From positions 1,472,001-1,536,000 of the forward strand of contig OZ253580.1 of the NCBI GenBank assembly GCA_965263035.1: a stretch of DNA of 64,000 bases, written 5' to 3'. The stretch's first letter is position 1; every line of letters begins with the position of its first letter. The stretch is from Acidobacteriota bacterium. GTDB lineage: Bacteria; Acidobacteriota; UBA6911; RPQK01; JAJDTT01. A model generated the notes under the pieces. That model was not told where the DNA came from. It made no database searches and was given only the letters and a program-made list of their open reading frames with translations. Shown one piece after another: positions 28,602-38,206 of this stretch. The position numbers and the translations under genes were made by a program.

Positions 28602-29431
28602 CTCGCTGGTCGGTACTGCTGGAAGCGTGACGCTCCCGCACGAAACGAATCCAACCTGGGGACTATCCGCTCCTGGCCTTGCGGGTGAAGTATTCGGCGT
28701 TGGCGGGAAATGAACTCAGGCGCTGCATCAGATCGTTTCGTACGCCCCGAAAGGCGTCCAGATGCTGCGGAGCCACCGGTTTTTCCGGCGGAAACCGGAG
28801 CTTGGAGGGGTTCAGGTACCGACCGCTCCGATCCTGGATCCGATAGTCCAGGTGGGGTCCCGTGGAGAGGCCGGTGGATCCGACTCTCCCGATGACCTGC
28901 CCCTGATCCACGCGCTGGCCATGGCGCACCTGGACTCGGGACAGATGCGCGTAGCTGGTGGAATATTGTCTGTGGCGGATCCTCACCATCTTCCCATAAC
29001 CCCCGTTGCGACCGGCAAATGCGACGGTGCCGGTGGCGACCGAGAGCACCTCGGTGCCGGTGGGTGCACCGTAGTCCACCCCCAGATGCGGACGCCGCCG
29101 TTTCAGTACGGGATGGTATCGGGAGTAGGAGAAGCCTGAAGTGATGCGCGGATCGAACTTGAAGGGCACCCGGAGGAACGCCTTCCGCAAGGAGTTCCCC
29201 CCCTCGTCGAAATAATCCTCCTTGCCCGTCTTGGGATCCGCAAACAGGAATCCGAAGAAACTCCTGTCCATCTGGTCGAAGCGGACGGCCAACACATCGC
29301 CGTACTTGACGAACCGGCCGGCCCGGTACTTCTTCTCCACCAGCAAGGTGATCGAATCCTGGCGCTGCAGCTGGGTGAAGTCGAGGTCCCAGCCAAGAAT
29401 GTCCAGGACCTTGATCACGAGCGCGTACTGC
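28192..29431. repeat. 1,240-bp direct repeat, right copy
   Basis: Matches 21079-22318; mismatches cluster in the first ~220 bp. Confidence 0.95.
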
Positions 29432-29952
29432 TCACCTTGGGAGACGAGGGCGTGGGACAGGTTGGTCCGGATCTCCCCGAAGACTCGTTCTTCCTCCAGT
29501 TGGAAGTCGTATTTGTGACGAGTCGCCACGTAACGGTCGCGCTCCTGGCGGACCACCAGATACTCTTCTTCGTCGATGTCGTAGCGAACGCTCCGAAACG
29601 ATCCGTCGAGCTCCTGCTCCAGCACCAGGCGGTTCCCCGGCCGCACCCGGTCCAGGTTGTAGACGGAGCGGGTATCCTCCACCAGCCGGTGGATCTCCGA
29701 GCCGGAGACGTCGAACTCCCGCAGGACGGTCGCCAAGGTGGCGCCGCGAGGGATGCCGGTCCTGCGAACCTTCACCGGGTCGGGCTCGGAAACCTGAGGT
29801 TCGGTTGCAGACACCGCCTCCGGAGCCTCGAGGGAGGGCGCCGGCCCCAGCTTGAGGTCGACCCGGTGTCTCTGAGACAGAACCGCCAGGGTCAGCCCAA
29901 CCGATAGAACTGCCAGAAAGCCAATACCGAACCCGCTCTTCATCGGACCCAC
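28663..29952 (-). CDS. M23 family peptidoglycan DD-endopeptidase (MepM-like)
   Basis: N-terminal TM helix, HLGVDYGAP (HxxxD), YAHLS, GLSTGPHLDY (HxD variant of HxH). Confidence 0.9.
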   Translation of the reverse strand: MGPMKSGFGIGFLAVLSVGLTLAVLSQRHRVDLKLGPAPSLEAPEAVSATEPQVSEPDPVKVRRTGIPRGATLATVLREFDVSGSEIHRLVEDTRSVYNLDRVRPGNRLVLEQELDGSFRSVRYDIDEEEYLVVRQERDRYVATRHKYDFQLEEERVFGEIRTNLSHALVSQGEQYALVIKVLDILGWDLDFTQLQRQDSITLLVEKKYRAGRFVKYGDVLAVRFDQMDRSFFGFLFADPKTGKEDYFDEGGNSLRKAFLRVPFKFDPRITSGFSYSRYHPVLKRRRPHLGVDYGAPTGTEVLSVATGTVAFAGRNGGYGKMVRIRHRQYSTSYAHLSRVQVRHGQRVDQGQVIGRVGSTGLSTGPHLDYRIQDRSGRYLNPSKLRFPPEKPVAPQHLDAFRGVRNDLMQRLSSFPANAEYFTRKARSG

Positions 29953-29999
29953 AGAACTATCCCCTTCGTTGCAAGCCCCAAACTTTACCAGAGATTCCT

Positions 30000-30485
30000 T
30001 TATCCGTCCAAACCGCGCAGACTGGACTCTACGACCTCAGGCACCAAGCCCGTGATATCCCCTCCCAAGGCGTAGACCTCCTTGATCAGACTGGAACTCA
30101 GGTACGAGTACTCGGAGGAAGGCAGCATGAATATGGTCTCGATGGAAGACTCTATCCTCCGGTTCATCAGGGCCATCTGGAATTCATATTCGTAATCGGT
30201 GACGGCCCGGATGCCGCGGACGATGACCCGGGCACCCTTCTCGACCGCATAACTCACCAAGAGGCCGTCGAAAGAATCGACCTTGACATTTTCCCATGCG
30301 CCGGTGACCTGCCGCAGCATCGCCTGTCGTTCCTCGGCGCTGAAAAGGGGTTTCTTCTCCAGGTTTTGCAGAACCGCCACGATCACCGTGTCGAAGACGG
30401 ACCGGCTCCTGCGGATGATGTCGAGATGACCGTTGGTCACGGGATCGAAGGATCCCGGATAGATGGCAACTACCGGCTCCGCCAT
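30000..30485 (-). CDS. coaD: Phosphopantetheine adenylyltransferase
   Basis: YPGSFDPVTNGHLDII, RGIRAVTDYEYE, SSSLIKEV. Confidence 0.97.
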   Translation of the reverse strand: MAEPVVAIYPGSFDPVTNGHLDIIRRSRSVFDTVIVAVLQNLEKKPLFSAEERQAMLRQVTGAWENVKVDSFDGLLVSYAVEKGARVIVRGIRAVTDYEYEFQMALMNRRIESSIETIFMLPSSEYSYLSSSLIKEVYALGGDITGLVPEVVESSLRGLDG

Positions 30486-30643
30486 GAGATCCGCATCATG
30501 TTACGCAGGCCATGCTCGAATGACAACCACGCCGGGGACAACCGCCGCGGGTGACCTGTCAAGGGGAACTTCGAGGCGAGTTTCGCACGAGCGGGCACCT
30601 GCGCCGTCTATCCGCATGACTCAGCCACGATACGAAATCGGCG

Positions 30644-30673
30644 TTGACACCGGTGGGATCGAATCCCTACAAT
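30644..30673 (+). promoter_or_regulatory. Putative sigma70 promoter of the ECF sigma gene
   Basis: TTGACA (30644-30649), 18-bp spacer, TACAAT (30668-30673). Confidence 0.6.
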
Positions 30674-30765
30674 TACCCACCTGTTTCGCTGCAGGATCCT
30701 CCCACCCCCTGACCGGCCTGCAGCGTTTTGCTCATTTCCGTTTCTGCGAAGCGGGTACATACCGC

Positions 30766-31332
30766 ATGCTGGAACGGGTTTGGCAAGAAAAGTACACCGC
30801 TCTTCGCTCCATTGTTCGAAGCTTTCTGTTCGACGACGCTCGCGTGGAGGACATACTCCAGGACGCTCTTTCCCGGGTGCTGGCCTCGGGACGGAGCTTT
30901 CCTGACGAGTTGGAAACCTACCGCTACCTGCGCCGGGCCGTCTTCAACGCCAGCATCGACCACTACCGCGCATCCCGGCGTCGCATCTACCTGCCGCTTC
31001 CAGAGGAACCAGGAGACCTCACGCTCCCCATCCACACCGGCCCTTCCGACCCCCTCGCTCTCCTGCTGCAACAAGAGCGGCAAAGTCTCAAGCATGCCAT
31101 TCTGCGGGAGATCACGGGGGCCATGGCCGACCTTCCGGACGCGCAGCAGGAGGCGATCTGGATGATCATGGGACAGCGAGACATGAGGCTGAAGGATCTC
31201 TGCCGGATCAAAGGAATCCCCTACAGCACCCTGCGCAGTCGTATGCTGGCCGGCGTCGAACGATTGCGCCGCCGACTCAAGACCAGGCGCCTCTATCAGG
31301 AGTACCTGAACCTGGATCGAAGGATGACGTGA
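30766..31332 (+). CDS. ECF-type RNA polymerase sigma factor
   Basis: Region 2 VEDILQDAL..YLRRAVFNASIDHYR; region 4 LPDAQQEAI..GIPYSTLRSR. Confidence 0.85.
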   Translation: MLERVWQEKYTALRSIVRSFLFDDARVEDILQDALSRVLASGRSFPDELETYRYLRRAVFNASIDHYRASRRRIYLPLPEEPGDLTLPIHTGPSDPLALLLQQERQSLKHAILREITGAMADLPDAQQEAIWMIMGQRDMRLKDLCRIKGIPYSTLRSRMLAGVERLRRRLKTRRLYQEYLNLDRRMT

Positions 31333-31939
31333 TCCCTTCAGGCTTGGGGGCAATTCCCGCTTCATTCGTAGGTCCGCTACCCGGTTCCCGCGGCTCCCCC
31401 GGTACCGAGTAGAAGAAAAGCTTGTTGTCGCCGACCCGCACCGTACGGGTCCAGGTGACCTGCGAAGTCGTTTCCGGAAGCGGAGTTTTCTTGAACACCT
31501 CCAGGACGATGGTGCTCTCCGGGCGGATCCAGGGCATGGCCGAGAGCCTCTCCAGAAGCTTGGCGTGGCGCTTGAACTTGTAGGGCGGGTCCAGAAAGAC
31601 GAAGTCGACGGAGGGAGGCCGGAGATTCCGCAGGAGGGTAAAGGAATCCTTCCGGTGAATCTCGAATCCCTCCTCCACTCGGCAACGGGCCAGATTCTTC
31701 CGGACCAGCGTGGTGGATTCTCGATTCCGGTCATTGAAGATGACGTACCGGGCGCCCCGGCTGATGGCCTCGATCCCCACGGCTCCGGAACCGGTGAAGA
31801 GGTCGAGCCAGACGGAACCGGGGACTCGATCCCGAAGGATATTGAAGAGGGCCTCCCGGGCCCGGTCCGTGGTGGGCCGGATGTCGGCCCGAAATTTGGC
31901 CAGCCTCTTGCCTCGGAATCGACCTGCGATGATCCTCAT
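31277..31939 (-). CDS. rsmD: 16S rRNA m2G966 methyltransferase RsmD
   Basis: MRIIAGRFRG, RPTTDRAREALFN, LDLFTGSGAVGIEAISRGA, FLDPPY. Confidence 0.95.
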   Translation of the reverse strand: MRIIAGRFRGKRLAKFRADIRPTTDRAREALFNILRDRVPGSVWLDLFTGSGAVGIEAISRGARYVIFNDRNRESTTLVRKNLARCRVEEGFEIHRKDSFTLLRNLRPPSVDFVFLDPPYKFKRHAKLLERLSAMPWIRPESTIVLEVFKKTPLPETTSQVTWTRTVRVGDNKLFFYSVPGEPREPGSGPTNEAGIAPKPEGITSSFDPGSGTPDRGAWS

Positions 31940-31956
31940 GTCCGCCGAACCCGGAA

Positions 31957-34080
31957 TCAACCCACGTCGAAGAGTCCGAATCGAATCCGCCACTGGTCCG
32001 CCAACTGGGCCAGATGGTCCTTGACCTCTCCCCTGGCGCCCTTGGTCAGCAGGGCCAGATGGTCCCGGGACTCCTCGGCCGCCAACTCCAGCAAGCGGCG
32101 GTCCCGGACGATGTTGCCGAACTGGAACTGGGGAATCCCCGACTGCCGGGTCCCCACGAACTCCCCCGGGCCACGAATCTCCAGATCCTCCTCGGCGATC
32201 CGGAAGCCGTCGGAAGTCCGGCACATGATATCCAAGCGGCGAAAGGCATTCTCGGATCGAGCGTCGCCGGTCATGAGGACACAGGTCCCCTGGTGGCTTC
32301 CGCGTCCGATTCGGCCCCGCAACTGGTGGAGTTGGGAGAGGCCGAAACGGTCGGCATGCTCCACCACCATAACGGTCGCGTTGGGAACATCCAGACCGAC
32401 CTCCACCACCGTCGTCGCAACCAGAATCTGTGTCGTTCCGTTGCGCAGAGCCTCCATCTGCGCATCTTTCTCCTCACTTTTGAGCCGGCCGTGGATCAAG
32501 CCCACGCCATAGCCCGCGAATACTTCCCGGAGCTGTCCGGTCATCTCCTCGGCGGCGCGCAGTTCCAGCTTGTCCGATTCCTCGATCAACGGATACACCA
32601 CATACGCTTGCCGATCCTGGGCCAGTTCCCGCTTCAGGAGATCGTATACCCGGTTGCGGTCCCGCTCCGAATAGAGGACTGTCTCGACCGGCAGGCGGCC
32701 CGGAGGCAGCTCGTCCAGCACCGAGAGGTCCAGATCGCCATAGACCGTCAAGGCCAGGCTCCTGGGAATCGGCGTGGCCGTCATGATCAACACGTCGGGC
32801 TGATCCCCCTTCCCCATGAGCCGGGACCTTTGCAGCACTCCGAAACGTTGTTGCTCGTCGATCACCGCCAGGCCCAGATCCCGAAACCGGACCGGGGCCT
32901 CGATCAGGGCGTGCGTCCCGATGACCAGTTGGACACCGCCCGACTGGATCTGCTCCAGGATTTCCCGGCGCCGCTTGCCCCGGACCCGACCCGAGAGCAG
33001 CGCCAACCGGTAATCGGTGCTCCGCAGATAACGGGAAAGGGTTCGGAAGTGCTGCTCGGCCAGGATCTCCGTCGGCGCCATCAGAGCGGCCTGGAATCCG
33101 TTCTCCAGCACCACCAACATGGCCTGGAGGGCCACGATGGTCTTGCCCGAGCCCACGTCTCCATGGAGCAGCCGCCTCATGACGTTGTTGCTGCGCAGAT
33201 CGCCGACGATCTCGCCCACGACTCTCTTCTGGGCCGAGGTGGGATGGAAGGGAAGGATGCCCTTCACCACCTCGCGAATCCGACTGTTGATCTCGATCCG
33301 CCGGTTTTTGGGCAGGGACTCCCGGTCTCGGCGCACCACCTGGAGACCCAGGTGAAAAAGAAAGAATTCCTCGAAGACGAATCTGCGCTGGGCCGGCGTC
33401 GCGCTCGACTCCAGGTCCTCCAGGAAAGCCTCTCGCTTCCGGTCCTCCGGCGGGGAGGGAAAATGGAGTTCCCGCCACGCCCGGCGACGGTCCGGGAGGC
33501 CGTACTTCTCCAGCAACCGGTCCGGAATCGGGTCCGGAATGTCCGGCTGCAACTGGGACACTGCGCGATGGACGATGGTGCGCAGCAACCGGGTGGTCAG
33601 TTTCCCCACCCGCCGGTAGATGGGTACGATCCGTCCGGAATGGATCGCCGGTTCCGACGACGTGTCCATAAGCTCCCATTCCGGGTTCAGGAGCACCGGG
33701 CGGAGAGTGTAGTCGTCGCGGCGAACCTGCCCGTAGAGAATCAGCCGCTGACCGTTGCGGAGGACGCGCTGGAGGTAGGGCTGATTGAAGAACTTGACCG
33801 TCAAGGTTCCCGACCGGTCCTCCACCACCAGCTCGAAGATCCGGACCTTCTTCATTGGGGTGGAGTAGTTCCCGCAAACGGCGATCTCACCCTCCACCAG
33901 GGCGTCCTCTCCGACCCGAAGCTGGTTCATGAGCCGAAAGCTGGACCGGTCCTCATAGCGAAACGGCTTGTAGTTGAGGAGATCTTCCACGGTGCCGATC
34001 TTGGCTTTCTGCAGCATGGCGGCCCGAGCCGGCCCCACGCCCTTCACGTACTGCACCGGCACATCCAACTGCAGCGGCAT
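31957..34080 (-). CDS. recG: ATP-dependent DNA helicase RecG
   Basis: KGVGP, GDVGSGKT, PTEILAEQH, IDEQQRFG, MTATPIPR, QLRGRIGRG. Confidence 0.97.
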   Translation of the reverse strand: MPLQLDVPVQYVKGVGPARAAMLQKAKIGTVEDLLNYKPFRYEDRSSFRLMNQLRVGEDALVEGEIAVCGNYSTPMKKVRIFELVVEDRSGTLTVKFFNQPYLQRVLRNGQRLILYGQVRRDDYTLRPVLLNPEWELMDTSSEPAIHSGRIVPIYRRVGKLTTRLLRTIVHRAVSQLQPDIPDPIPDRLLEKYGLPDRRRAWRELHFPSPPEDRKREAFLEDLESSATPAQRRFVFEEFFLFHLGLQVVRRDRESLPKNRRIEINSRIREVVKGILPFHPTSAQKRVVGEIVGDLRSNNVMRRLLHGDVGSGKTIVALQAMLVVLENGFQAALMAPTEILAEQHFRTLSRYLRSTDYRLALLSGRVRGKRRREILEQIQSGGVQLVIGTHALIEAPVRFRDLGLAVIDEQQRFGVLQRSRLMGKGDQPDVLIMTATPIPRSLALTVYGDLDLSVLDELPPGRLPVETVLYSERDRNRVYDLLKRELAQDRQAYVVYPLIEESDKLELRAAEEMTGQLREVFAGYGVGLIHGRLKSEEKDAQMEALRNGTTQILVATTVVEVGLDVPNATVMVVEHADRFGLSQLHQLRGRIGRGSHQGTCVLMTGDARSENAFRRLDIMCRTSDGFRIAEEDLEIRGPGEFVGTRQSGIPQFQFGNIVRDRRLLELAAEESRDHLALLTKGARGEVKDHLAQLADQWRIRFGLFDVG

Positions 34081-34172
34081 CCGGATCAATCTACCACTCC
34101 GGTACGGCAGGAGCGGCGGCTGGCCGGCGCAATCCAAACCGGAACCGGGGCAGGGTGGGAGCGGCGGCCCAA

Positions 34173-34331
34173 CAGCCCGTGGCAAAAGTCGTCACGGTAT
34201 TCGACCGTCCCTGCATCGTGCGCGGACTGCGTTGCTATCGGCTCACATACTCCCGGTATGCTCGCTCGTCGCGCCTTGTCCGGCGGGCGCAGGACCGGTC
34301 TCGGGGCTCGCGGGACTTTCACCACGGACTG
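34173..34331. mobile_element. MITE-like repeat family B, copy 2 (inverted)
   Basis: Reverse complement of 9007-9167 and 44973-45132. Confidence 0.8.
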
Positions 34332-34385
34332 CTGGAGCGGGGACCTGCTTTGGCTGTTTTCGCCGCAGACTGCTAAGATGCGAGT

Positions 34386-34946
34386 GTGAAGTCGGTGCTT
34401 GCGGCGGTGCTTTTCCTGCCTCTCCTGGCTTGTGGCAAGAGTCTCGAGAAGCAGATCGTGGACGGCTTGAGCAACCTGGATCAGGCTCGGCTCGGCAAGG
34501 GGCAGGTCCAGGTCGAGAAGGTGCGCCGGACCGGGAACCACGCCGTCGCCGAGGTGACCCTGAAGACCGCCGTCAAGCTCATTCGAATAGACCGGGCGTG
34601 GGTCATCGAAGAAATACGGCTGGGCGACCGGCGATGGGAGAAAGTGGAGACCATTCTGGCGGCGCTGGACGAGGAAAGGTCGCTCCGGACCCGCTCCGAC
34701 CTGCAGTTGATCGACTCTGCCATCGGCAGCTACCGCCGGGAGCGCGGGAAACTGCCTCCGGCCGAGAACTTCCGTGAGCTGATGGACCACTTGGCGCCGG
34801 AATACGTGCAGCCCACGACCGAGCTGGATGGATGGTTCAACCCCTACGTCTTTCGGACCCTTTCGGCCAAGGACTACGATCTCCGGTCGGCCGGACCCGA
34901 CGGGATTGCCCGAACCTCGGATGACGTGACGTTGGAGCAACCCTGA
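34386..34946 (+). CDS. Lipoprotein with T2SS GspG-like C-terminal domain
   Basis: Lipobox LLAC; DGWFNPYVF..YDLRSAGPDG...DD motif. Confidence 0.7.
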   Translation: MKSVLAAVLFLPLLACGKSLEKQIVDGLSNLDQARLGKGQVQVEKVRRTGNHAVAEVTLKTAVKLIRIDRAWVIEEIRLGDRRWEKVETILAALDEERSLRTRSDLQLIDSAIGSYRRERGKLPPAENFRELMDHLAPEYVQPTTELDGWFNPYVFRTLSAKDYDLRSAGPDGIARTSDDVTLEQP

Positions 34947-35815
34947 TGCGGAGAGACACCAGTCTTCTGCTCGTGACCCTGGGACTCTGCCTGGTTCTGC
35001 TGGTGGGGTACTCCCTCTACCGGTCCCTGCCCGACCGGCTGCCCTGGATCCAGAGCTATGAACAGGCCCTCAAGGAAGCTCAGCTCGGAGACAAGCTCAT
35101 CCTGGCGTACCTCTATACGGATTGGTGCGGCTACTGCAAGAAGATGGAGGCCGAGACCTTCACCGACAAGACCGTGATCGACGAGATGTCCGATAGTTAC
35201 GTCTGGCTCAAGCTCAACGCCGAGACGGACGAGGAGGGACGCCGACTCCAGGAGAGGTTCAACATCACCGGCTACCCGGGTCTGCTCCTCCTGAACGGTG
35301 AGGGCCAGGAGATGGAACGGATTTCGGGTTTCGTGCCCGCGGGAGCCTTTCGGGAGCGTGTCACGACCGCGGCGGGCGGCCCGGATTCCTTCGTCAGCCT
35401 CCTCCGAACGGCAAGCCAGGAACCCGGTTCCGTCGATGTCCAATACCGCTTGGCGGAGAAATACATCGAGCGCGGGGAATTTTCCACGGCCATCGAACGG
35501 CTGCGCCGAGTCATCGAACTGGATCCTGACAACAGCTCGGGGAAGGCCGACTTGAGTTACTACTATCTGGCACTGAGCCTGGCCTCCCAGGGAAACGAGG
35601 AGATGGCGCTTCTGGAACTCGAGTCCCTGGTGTCGAGCTTCCCCCGGAGCGACTACATCGCCGACAGCGCCTTCCTGAGGGGCCAGATCTATTACCACTC
35701 CGGAAACCGGGCCCAAGCCGAAACGGTTCTTGCGGCCTACGTGCAGGACTTTCCGGAGCACGCCCACGTTTCCAAGGCCCGCGACATTCTGGCGGAGAGA
35801 GAAGAAGCGGAGTAG
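34946..35815 (+). CDS. Membrane-anchored thioredoxin with TPR repeats
   Basis: TM helix, WCGYC, GYP cis-Pro loop, C-terminal TPR-like helices. Confidence 0.85.
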   Translation: MRRDTSLLLVTLGLCLVLLVGYSLYRSLPDRLPWIQSYEQALKEAQLGDKLILAYLYTDWCGYCKKMEAETFTDKTVIDEMSDSYVWLKLNAETDEEGRRLQERFNITGYPGLLLLNGEGQEMERISGFVPAGAFRERVTTAAGGPDSFVSLLRTASQEPGSVDVQYRLAEKYIERGEFSTAIERLRRVIELDPDNSSGKADLSYYYLALSLASQGNEEMALLELESLVSSFPRSDYIADSAFLRGQIYYHSGNRAQAETVLAAYVQDFPEHAHVSKARDILAEREEAE

Positions 35816-35869
35816 GAAACCGGAAGGCGGCCACGGGACACCGATCGATGGGCGCGAGACGATCTCCCG

Positions 35870-36469
35870 CTACAGCAGGTGGCCCAGCTTCTCCTTCTTG
35901 GTCTTGAGGTACTCCTGCGACACCGGGGAGGGTTCCACGACCAGGGGAACTCGTTCCACCACCTGGAGCCCTTCGGCCTCCATGCCGCGAATCTTGTTGG
36001 GGTTGTTGGACATGAGACGAATCCGGGAGATCCCCAACCTGAGCAGCGCCAACGCGCAGAAACGGTAGGAGCGCAGGTCTGCCGCGAAACCCAGCCTTGC
36101 GTTGGCCTCCACCGTGTCGATTCCCTGATCCTGGAGCTGATACGCGTGAATCTTGTTCATCAGACCGATTCCCCGGCCTTCCTGAAGCTGATAGATGAGG
36201 ATGCCGCTGCCGGCCTCGGCAATTTTCTGAAGGGACCGTTCCAACTGTTCGCCGCAATCGCAGCGGAGTGAGTGGAAGATGTCGCCGGTCAGGCACTGGG
36301 AGTGGATCCGCACCAGGGGAGGCCTCTGGTCACTCAGAGGCCGGCGGACCAGCGCCACCAACTGCTCGTCGTCTTCTTCGCTCTCGAACCCGTAGATCCG
36401 GAACGGTCCGAAACGCGTGGGCAGCACCGCATTGGGCACCGTGTCGAGACTCGCCAAGACCTCTCTCAT
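35870..36469 (-). CDS. ribA: GTP cyclohydrolase II
   Basis: VRIHSQCLTGD..SLRCDCGEQL, QEGRGIGL, SNNPNK. Confidence 0.96.
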   Translation of the reverse strand: MREVLASLDTVPNAVLPTRFGPFRIYGFESEEDDEQLVALVRRPLSDQRPPLVRIHSQCLTGDIFHSLRCDCGEQLERSLQKIAEAGSGILIYQLQEGRGIGLMNKIHAYQLQDQGIDTVEANARLGFAADLRSYRFCALALLRLGISRIRLMSNNPNKIRGMEAEGLQVVERVPLVVEPSPVSQEYLKTKKEKLGHLL

Positions 36470-36484
36470 GGGCGCTGTATAGTA

Positions 36485-37081
36485 TCACTCTCCGGGGTGA
36501 GCGAGTGAACTCGCCGGCGTGGACCAGCGCTTCATTCCCTTGACGGCGATGTCGAAAACATCCAGGGCCCGCCCCAGACTGTGGTCCACCAGATCCTGGA
36601 GACTGTCGGGATGATGGTAGAAGGAGGGGATGGGCGGGGCGACGATCGCTCCCAACTCCGCCACTTCCACCAGCCGCCTGAGATGGCCCAGGTGTAGAGG
36701 AGATTCGCGCACCAGCAGCACCAGCGGCCTCCTCTCCTTCAAGGTCACGTCCGCAGCCCGGGTCAAGAGGTCCTTGGTAATGGAGTTGGCAAGGCAGGAA
36801 ACCGTATGGATCGAGCAGGGAGCGACGATCATTCCCCGGGTCTTGAAGGACCCGCTGGAAATCGCCGCCGCCATGTCGCCCGGTTCATGGACGACGTCGG
36901 CCAGATTCCGCACCTGGTCCAGGTCGTAGCCGGTTTCCAGCTCGATGGTCCTGGGCACGGTCCGTGTGTAGACCAGATGAGTCTCCACCCCAGGGACAGC
37001 GCGCAGAAGTTCCAGCAACCGGATCCCGTAGATGGGCGCCGAAGCGCCCGACAACCCAACCACCAGTGGACGAGAACTCAT
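36485..37081 (-). CDS. ubiX: Flavin prenyltransferase UbiX
   Basis: VGLSGAS, ISSGS, APCS, RAADVTLKERRPLVL..RESP. Confidence 0.93.
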   Translation of the reverse strand: MSSRPLVVGLSGASAPIYGIRLLELLRAVPGVETHLVYTRTVPRTIELETGYDLDQVRNLADVVHEPGDMAAAISSGSFKTRGMIVAPCSIHTVSCLANSITKDLLTRAADVTLKERRPLVLLVRESPLHLGHLRRLVEVAELGAIVAPPIPSFYHHPDSLQDLVDHSLGRALDVFDIAVKGMKRWSTPASSLAHPGE

Positions 37082-37156
37082 GCATCCGCCTCTTCGGTGC
37101 GGGGAGTCATTGGGAGGCGTTCAACGCCGGCTCCCCGCCGTTCCAACTGCAACAGC

Positions 37157-38206
37157 TCAGCTCACGCGCCCGATTCCGGGGAGGTATTCGAGCCCCTGGG
37201 GAGCCCGCCACTCGTCGACTATGGAGGCTTGGTGGACACACGACACGGTGCAGTAGGCAGCGCAGCTCTTCTGGGTTCGATGCTCTCGCCGGATATCCGC
37301 CAGAGTGTATTCCGCCAGTGGAATCCCCGGGTACCCGCGCTGCTGGGAACAGTAGTGCACCAGTCCGTCTTCACAGACGTACAGATACCTGGACCCGGCC
37401 CGACAGCGCCATTTGTTGGGGCGTCCGGCCGCTAGATTCTCCTGAAACACGCGGTTGAGCCGCGAGTAGCCCCGCTTTGCCATTCTCTTGACCTGATGGA
37501 AGATGCGAACTTCATCCGCGCTGAGGGGCTTGAGCCCGCCGCGTCCGTCATGGATGACGCCGACGGTGCATGTGAACCCCAGTTCCACGGCTCGCCGCGC
37601 GATGATCAGGGCATCTTCGGGATGATTCACACCGGAACCCAGGACCGTATTGATGTTGACCTGGAACTCGGCCAGTTCCGACAGGTAAAGGAGCTTCTTG
37701 TCCAGCACCTTCAGACTCTTCATGGAGTTCCCGTCGGGCTTCACGTTGTCGATGCTGATCTGCAGATGCTCCAACCCGGCGCGATTCAGGGACCGGATCC
37801 TCTTGCGCGCCAGGAGGTAGCCGTTGGTGATGAGACCGGCGATCATGTTGCGGTCCCGAATCCGGCTGATGACGGCCTCCAACTCCCGATGCATCAAAGG
37901 CTCTCCGCCGCTGATGGTGACGATGGAGGTTCCCAGCCGGGCCAGGTGATCGATTCGTTCCTGCATCACGCCGGTGGGGATGGGAGGCGAGAAGTCGTCG
38001 TACTCGTTGCAGTACGAACACGAGAGATTGCAGCGCCGCATGGGAATGATGTGGGCCAAAATCGGGTGACGCTGGGAGAGCAGGGCTCGGCCCACCATCT
38101 TCAACTCACGCACGCGGATCCTGTAGGCTTGGAGTCTGCGCATGGGCCTCTGGCGGGCGCTGCCGGAACGGATGCGGATCATAGCAGTCTGGTCAGGGTC
38201 CGTCAA
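37157..38206 (-). CDS. Radical SAM protein with C-terminal Cys-rich (SPASM/Twitch-like) domain
   Basis: [17 protein letters not shown]; C-terminal [15 protein letters not shown]. Start uncertain (38143-38206). Confidence 0.85.
   Translation of the reverse strand: MTDPDQTAMIRIRSGSARQRPMRRLQAYRIRVRELKMVGRALLSQRHPILAHIIPMRRCNLSCSYCNEYDDFSPPIPTGVMQERIDHLARLGTSIVTISGGEPLMHRELEAVISRIRDRNMIAGLITNGYLLARKRIRSLNRAGLEHLQISIDNVKPDGNSMKSLKVLDKKLLYLSELAEFQVNINTVLGSGVNHPEDALIIARRAVELGFTCTVGVIHDGRGGLKPLSADEVRIFHQVKRMAKRGYSRLNRVFQENLAAGRPNKWRCRAGSRYLYVCEDGLVHYCSQQRGYPGIPLAEYTLADIRREHRTQKSCAAYCTVSCVHQASIVDEWRAPQGLEYLPGIGRVS

Noticed and set aside
21079-29431. Diversity-generating retroelement (template/variable repeat) explanation for the duplicated segment
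   Set aside because: Mismatches are not adenine-specific, the repeat is 1.24 kb, and no reverse transcriptase is present.
10127-31332. Identical 56-bp convergent overlaps at ftsB/dsbD and ECF/rsmD as a shared mechanism
   Set aside because: The overlapping sequences are unrelated; equal length is most simply coincidence.
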